A stretch of 64,000 nt of DNA, taken from positions 224,001-288,000 of the forward strand of contig OY970325.1 of the NCBI GenBank assembly GCA_963717145.1, read 5' to 3'. This DNA comes from an uncultured Armatimonadetes bacterium. Lineage in GTDB: Bacteria > Armatimonadota > UBA5829 > DTJY01. The translations under genes were made by a program, and so were the position numbers. Below the pieces are notes generated by a model. The model was not told the origin of the DNA. It ran no database searches and was given only the letters and a program-made list of their open reading frames with translations. This document shows positions 59,906-64,000 of the stretch, one piece after another. The first letter of the stretch is position 1. Each line of letters begins with the position of its first letter.

Positions 59906-60193
59906 GCGCTTTTTCAGCGCCGCCAGTTGGGCGTAGATCGTATCGCCAAGCCCGATCGCGCCGCTCTCCGACATCTGCGTGGCATACTGCTCATCGAGCA
60001 TGCCCTGGAATATCTCTTCCTTGTCCTTGGATCCAAAGAGATCGCTCTTCGGGATCGATGCGCGCATCTTGGACAGCATCTGCTGAACCAACAGCGACTC
60101 GAAGTCCCGGCATGCCTTCCTGAGCTTCACGTCCTCTATGTCAGGCTTTGTCTGTGCCGCAGGACCAGCCGCCTGCACGTTCTCGATTCTCAT
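59903..60193 (-). CDS. flgJ: FlgJ rod-binding domain protein (no muramidase domain)
   Basis: LRKACRDFESLLVQQMLSKMR, MLDEQYA. Confidence 0.85.
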   Translation of the reverse strand: MRIENVQAAGPAAQTKPDIEDVKLRKACRDFESLLVQQMLSKMRASIPKSDLFGSKDKEEIFQGMLDEQYATQMSESGAIGLGDTIYAQLAALKKR

Positions 60194-60209
60194 GGTTCCA
60201 ATCTCCCAA

Positions 60210-60319
60210 CGTAGTGGCCGCGCCTCTGTGCCGGCCATCTGTCTCCAAACCGGTAGCGGCCGCGCCTCTGTGCCGGCCATCCCCCGTCGCTGGCCGGCAC
60301 GGAGGCACGGCCACTACGT
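60210..60319. repeat. REP-G cluster (two direct, one inverted)
   Basis: GTAG(T/C)GGCCGCGCCTCTGTGCCGGCCA twice, then TGGCCGGCACGGAGGCACGGCCACTAC. Confidence 0.85.
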
Positions 60320-60320
60320 G

Positions 60321-61415
60321 TTAGAGTATCTCCAACTCCGCGTGGAGGGCGCCCGCTTCCTTGAGTGCCTGCAGGATCGCAACTACATCCCTCGGCGTGA
60401 CCTTCAGCTCATTCATCGCCCTGACCAACTCCGCCAACGTCGCGCCCGGCTCGAGGTCGATCATCCGGTGACCGTCCTCGGTAGCCTGGACCGTCGTGTT
60501 CTCGACGACTTCGGTCTTGCCCGTCTTGGAGAGCGGGTTGGGCTGAGATACCTGCGTCTCGGTGGCGACCTCGACGCTCAGACTGCCATGTGCCACGGCC
60601 ACGGGTGACAGCCTCACGTCGCTGCCGATCACCACCGTGCCCGTCCGCTCGTTCACGATCACCTTGGCGATCGCGCTCTCCATGACAGACAGCTCCCCGA
60701 CCTCAGCGATGAGCCCGATGACATCCTGTGACCCGGCCTTGACCTCTATGGTGGCCGCATCGAGGGCACGGGCGTTTCCCGGGCCGAGCTTGTCGTTAAC
60801 CGCCTGAGCGACTCGGATGGCGGTCGTGAATTCCGGGTTGTTCAGCAGGATATGTATGCCACCTCCATCGGTGAGGGCAGTCGGGACCGCCTGTTCGATG
60901 ATCGCTCCGTTCGGTATCCGGCCGACTGTGGTGTGGTTCTTCGTAACCTTCGTATCCGCCCCGCCCGCGGTGAATCCGCCGGTCGATATGCTGCCCTGTG
61001 CGACCGCGTAGACCTGACCGTTCGCCGCCTGAAGCGGTGTCTGGAGCAGCGTGCCTCCCTGGAGACTGCGGCAGTCACCAAGTGACGAGGCATTCACGTC
61101 GATCTTCGCGCCGGGTCGAACAAACGGGGGGAGATCGGCGGTCACGATCACAGCGGCCACGTTCTTTACCTTGAGTCGGTCAGCCGGCACGGTGATCCCG
61201 AACTTCTGCAGCATGTTCGCCACCGACTGCGCGGTAAAGAGCGCCTGCTGGGTGTCGCCGGTTCCGTCGAGGCCGATCACGAGTCCGTAGCCGAACAACT
61301 GGTTGCTCCTCGCGCCCTCGATCTTGGCGACGTTCTTGATCTTCACGTTCTGGTCCGCCCATGCCATCGTGCTGATGGCCAGCAGGGCGATTATCATGTA
61401 TCTCGAGTAACGCAT
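60321..61415 (-). CDS. flgI: P-ring protein FlgI
   Basis: NQLFGYGLVIGLDGTGD, SLQGGTLL, NERTGTVV, LKEAGALHAEL. Confidence 0.96.
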   Translation of the reverse strand: MRYSRYMIIALLAISTMAWADQNVKIKNVAKIEGARSNQLFGYGLVIGLDGTGDTQQALFTAQSVANMLQKFGITVPADRLKVKNVAAVIVTADLPPFVRPGAKIDVNASSLGDCRSLQGGTLLQTPLQAANGQVYAVAQGSISTGGFTAGGADTKVTKNHTTVGRIPNGAIIEQAVPTALTDGGGIHILLNNPEFTTAIRVAQAVNDKLGPGNARALDAATIEVKAGSQDVIGLIAEVGELSVMESAIAKVIVNERTGTVVIGSDVRLSPVAVAHGSLSVEVATETQVSQPNPLSKTGKTEVVENTTVQATEDGHRMIDLEPGATLAELVRAMNELKVTPRDVVAILQALKEAGALHAELEIL

Positions 61416-61437
61416 AAATTCTCCTTAGTCTCTCAGG

Positions 61438-61558
61438 GTGCGGTGGATTGTCCGTAGGGAACGGTCGCCGTCCCGTTCCGTTCTCTCTCGTGTGCAGGGA
61501 ATCGTCGCTGGATGACGGAACGGGACGGCGACCGTTCCCTACGGACAATCCACCGCAC
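61438..61558. repeat. REP-C doublet with extended arms
   Basis: GTGCGGTGGATTGTCCGTAGGGAACGGTCGCCGTCCCGTTCCGT and its reverse complement. Confidence 0.9.
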
Positions 61559-61567
61559 TCCAAAACC

Positions 61568-62145
61568 CTAGAACACGAAGCTCAGAATCTGAGTGATGAT
61601 GCCTTCCCGCTGGCGTCTCCCACTGGGTCCCTTACCGATGTAGTCGATCGCCACGTCGGCCAGGCTGGTGGAGAGCACCGTGTTGTCCGACGCTATGTCC
61701 TGTGGACGAACAATGCCCCTCAGCGTGACCGTCTGCTTCTCGCTGTTCATATTGAGCGAGCGGACCGCCTCGATCTGCAGGTTTCCGTTCGGCATGACTT
61801 TGGTCACGGTCGCTGCCAGTCGGGTCGCGAACTTGCTGGTCATCGTGGACTGCCCGGCCGACGAACTGGTCTGGCCCGATTGGAAGGATAGGTCCGGTAT
61901 CAGACTGATGAACGGGCCTACTCCGGCGGCGTTGCTGTGGTCCGTGTCTTTCGCGAGATCAGTGCTGGCTTTCTGTGAGGACGCCGCTTCCTCGATGATC
62001 AGCACCGTCACCAGGTCGCCGACCTGACTTGGACGCAGGTCAACGCACAGGTTCCTGGAACCCGGGTCCAGAGCGATTCCGCCCCCAGGGGCGCGAGAAT
62101 CGATACCAGCATGATTGTCGCTGTGATGATACGAATGTATGACAT
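61568..62145 (-). pseudogene. flgH: L-ring protein FlgH, frameshifted near 62068 (possibly a sequencing error)
   Basis: AGGAGG and ATG 62145; ESLW then TG GAC (one G short); VGDLVTVLI, PNGNLQI, GIVRPQDI. Confidence 0.85.
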
Positions 62146-62150
62146 GTCTG

Positions 62151-63125
62151 CTACCTCCTGCCGATGAGTATCTCTACAAGTCCCGGCCCGGACACGGTTC
62201 CGCGGACCTCTCGGCCCTCGCCGGCAAGCCGGATCTTGATCTTGTCACCAATGGAGCCGTCCTGGGCCGCGACGCCCTTGTCGGTCAGCCTGACCGCTCC
62301 ACTGCGTACAATGATGAGAACCTGGTCGCCCGAGTGAACTGCCGACGGAGCGCAAACCCACGACTTCCGTAGGATCGATCCCTCGGCGATCGCGAGGCTC
62401 GCCGTCCAGCCGGTTTCGGGCAACTCGGTGAGTACGTCGTCCGGGAGCATGGTCACATCCCTGTCCTGGAGAGCAATGTTGACTCCACCGATCTGCTCGG
62501 ACCTCGCAATGGCCTTCAGCGCCACTGCCACGGGAGCGACCACCTTGACCGTGACCGACACCTGGATGGTGCGATAAACCTTGTCCTCGACCACCATCTC
62601 GACCGAGGCAGTGTTCCTGCCCTTGCGGATGGCCGTCGTACCTGCCTTGATCCTGAGGTCGAGCTTCCCAATCGGAACAACCTGATCCGCCGGCGGAAGT
62701 GCCGTCTCCACTGAGACCGTCCCGGTCCAGGTCTGCGCGGCAAGGACGTGCTTCCGTACCGCCTCGACCAGGTCTGCGCCCCCGACGACTGCCGATGCTC
62801 TCACCACCACGATCTCGGGCGGGCAGAGCAGTGCGGCGCTGTCGGCGAGAATCCCGGCGCGCTTCGTCGCGGTGATGATCTGATCGTCCGTCAGCTTCCG
62901 AGACTTCCCGGGAAGCGGCGACGAGCACACCGGTATGGCCCTGAGGCATTCCGTCTGCTTCACGTCGGCGCCTTGGATCGAGGCGATGTCACCGAGAGTG
63001 ACACTTGCCCCCGCGACCTCAGATGCCGGCTTGACTGCCACCGTCACCTCAGCCGCAGCCGATGCCGCCACCGCGAGGCCGAGGACCAGGACCGCTATCA
63101 CTTGTGTGTGTCTGCTGACCATCAT
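62151..63125 (-). CDS. flgA: P-ring chaperone FlgA
   Basis: Signal peptide, VTLGDIA, SAF domain, GVAAQDGSIGDKIKI. Confidence 0.88.
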   Translation of the reverse strand: MMVSRHTQVIAVLVLGLAVAASAAAEVTVAVKPASEVAGASVTLGDIASIQGADVKQTECLRAIPVCSSPLPGKSRKLTDDQIITATKRAGILADSAALLCPPEIVVVRASAVVGGADLVEAVRKHVLAAQTWTGTVSVETALPPADQVVPIGKLDLRIKAGTTAIRKGRNTASVEMVVEDKVYRTIQVSVTVKVVAPVAVALKAIARSEQIGGVNIALQDRDVTMLPDDVLTELPETGWTASLAIAEGSILRKSWVCAPSAVHSGDQVLIIVRSGAVRLTDKGVAAQDGSIGDKIKIRLAGEGREVRGTVSGPGLVEILIGRR

Positions 63126-63128
63126 CTA

Positions 63129-63917
63129 CTACCGCCTCAGGTTGTTAGCGATGTTAAGCATCTCGTCGGAGGTCTGAATGGCTTTCGAGGTGACCTCGTA
63201 GGCGCGCTGAGCGACGATCATGTTGACCATCTCCTCGACGACCTTGACGTTCGACATCTCAATGAACCCGTGTCCGAGCGTGCCCAGTCCGTTCTCACCC
63301 GGTGAGCCGATAACGGCATCACCCGAGGCTGCGGTGTTCTGCAGAAGGTTGCGTCCCAGGCTCGATAGGCCCGCCGGGTTGGGGAACTTGGCGATGCCGA
63401 TCTTGCCGAGTTCCTGCGGCGCGGACTGGCCGGGGAGCAATACCGATACGGTGCCGTCAGCTCCCACGGACACGCTGGTGGATTCGGCTGGGATGCTGAT
63501 CTCAGGGTCGAGCGGGTATCCGTCGGACGTGACGAGTCGGCCCTGAGCGTCGAGCTTGAACGTGCCGTCTCGTGTATAGGCTATCGATCCGCTCGGCATC
63601 AGTACCTGGAAGAACCCGTCGCCCTCGATAACGAGGTCCAGAGGGTTCTCGGTCTGCTGGAAATCGCCCTGCGTGAAGATCCGGCCGATCGCGGCGGCCC
63701 GAGTGCCGAGTCCGACCTGCACACCGGTCGGTACCTGAACGCCCTGTGCCTGCGTGGTGCCCGCTGGTCGAAGGGTCTGATACAGCAGGTCCTGAAAGTC
63801 CACGCGGCTCTTCTTGAAGCCCGCCGTGTTCACGTTCGCGAGGTTGTTGGAGATCACGTCGATGTTCAACTGCTGGGCTGCCATCCCGGTGGCCGCTGTG
63901 AATAGGGATCTGATCAT
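63129..63917 (-). CDS. flgG: Distal rod protein FlgG
   Basis: [32 protein letters not shown]. Confidence 0.96.
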   Translation of the reverse strand: MIRSLFTAATGMAAQQLNIDVISNNLANVNTAGFKKSRVDFQDLLYQTLRPAGTTQAQGVQVPTGVQVGLGTRAAAIGRIFTQGDFQQTENPLDLVIEGDGFFQVLMPSGSIAYTRDGTFKLDAQGRLVTSDGYPLDPEISIPAESTSVSVGADGTVSVLLPGQSAPQELGKIGIAKFPNPAGLSSLGRNLLQNTAASGDAVIGSPGENGLGTLGHGFIEMSNVKVVEEMVNMIVAQRAYEVTSKAIQTSDEMLNIANNLRR

Positions 63918-63931
63918 GTCCTTAACTCCTT

Positions 63932-64000
63932 CTATGCAAACCTGGCCATCTGGTTGATGACCTTGTCGAGTGTCTGATCTACTGCCTGGATGCTCTTCTG
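63932..64000 (-). CDS. flgF: FlgF-like rod protein, C-terminal fragment cut by the window edge
   Basis: [22 protein letters not shown] then stop, directly upstream of flgG. Confidence 0.7.
   Translation of the reverse strand, partial: QKSIQAVDQTLDKVINQMARFA

Overview
A GC-rich window from a diderm bacterium. The Firmicutes-like flagellar gene order combined with flgH/flgI is suggestive of a Terrabacteria diderm such as Armatimonadota, but that is inference only. 1-4.4 kb: amidase C-terminus, GerMN, murI, rph, rdgB and four tRNAs (Pro, Gly, Arg, His). 4.4-6.7 kb: three secreted hypothetical proteins, two of them paralogs. 7.1-16.1 kb: a cluster resembling the actinobacterial rodA-pbpA-fhaA-pstP-pkn locus (HhH-RodA-PBP fusion, FhaA, an unannotated FhaB-like transmembrane micropeptide, PP2C, Ser/Thr kinase), then a HEAT-repeat protein. 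16.3-22.4 kb: hybrid kinase, a REP-associated tyrosine transposase (RAYT) with an adjacent 41-bp tandem REP array, an NtrC-type activator, a kinase and rpoN. 22.5-64 kb: a near-complete flagellar regulon in two convergent blocks, with sigma54 and sigma28 promoters, csrA/fliW, one IS481 insertion and four single-base frameshifts (fliK, motA, fliD, flgH). The most striking feature is a dense set of small palindromic elements, about ten families, in most intergenic gaps. GTAG-REP doublets sit in frame inside three genes (kinase, flhF, flgN), supply stop codons and ribosome-binding sites, and show stem covariation around a conserved loop.
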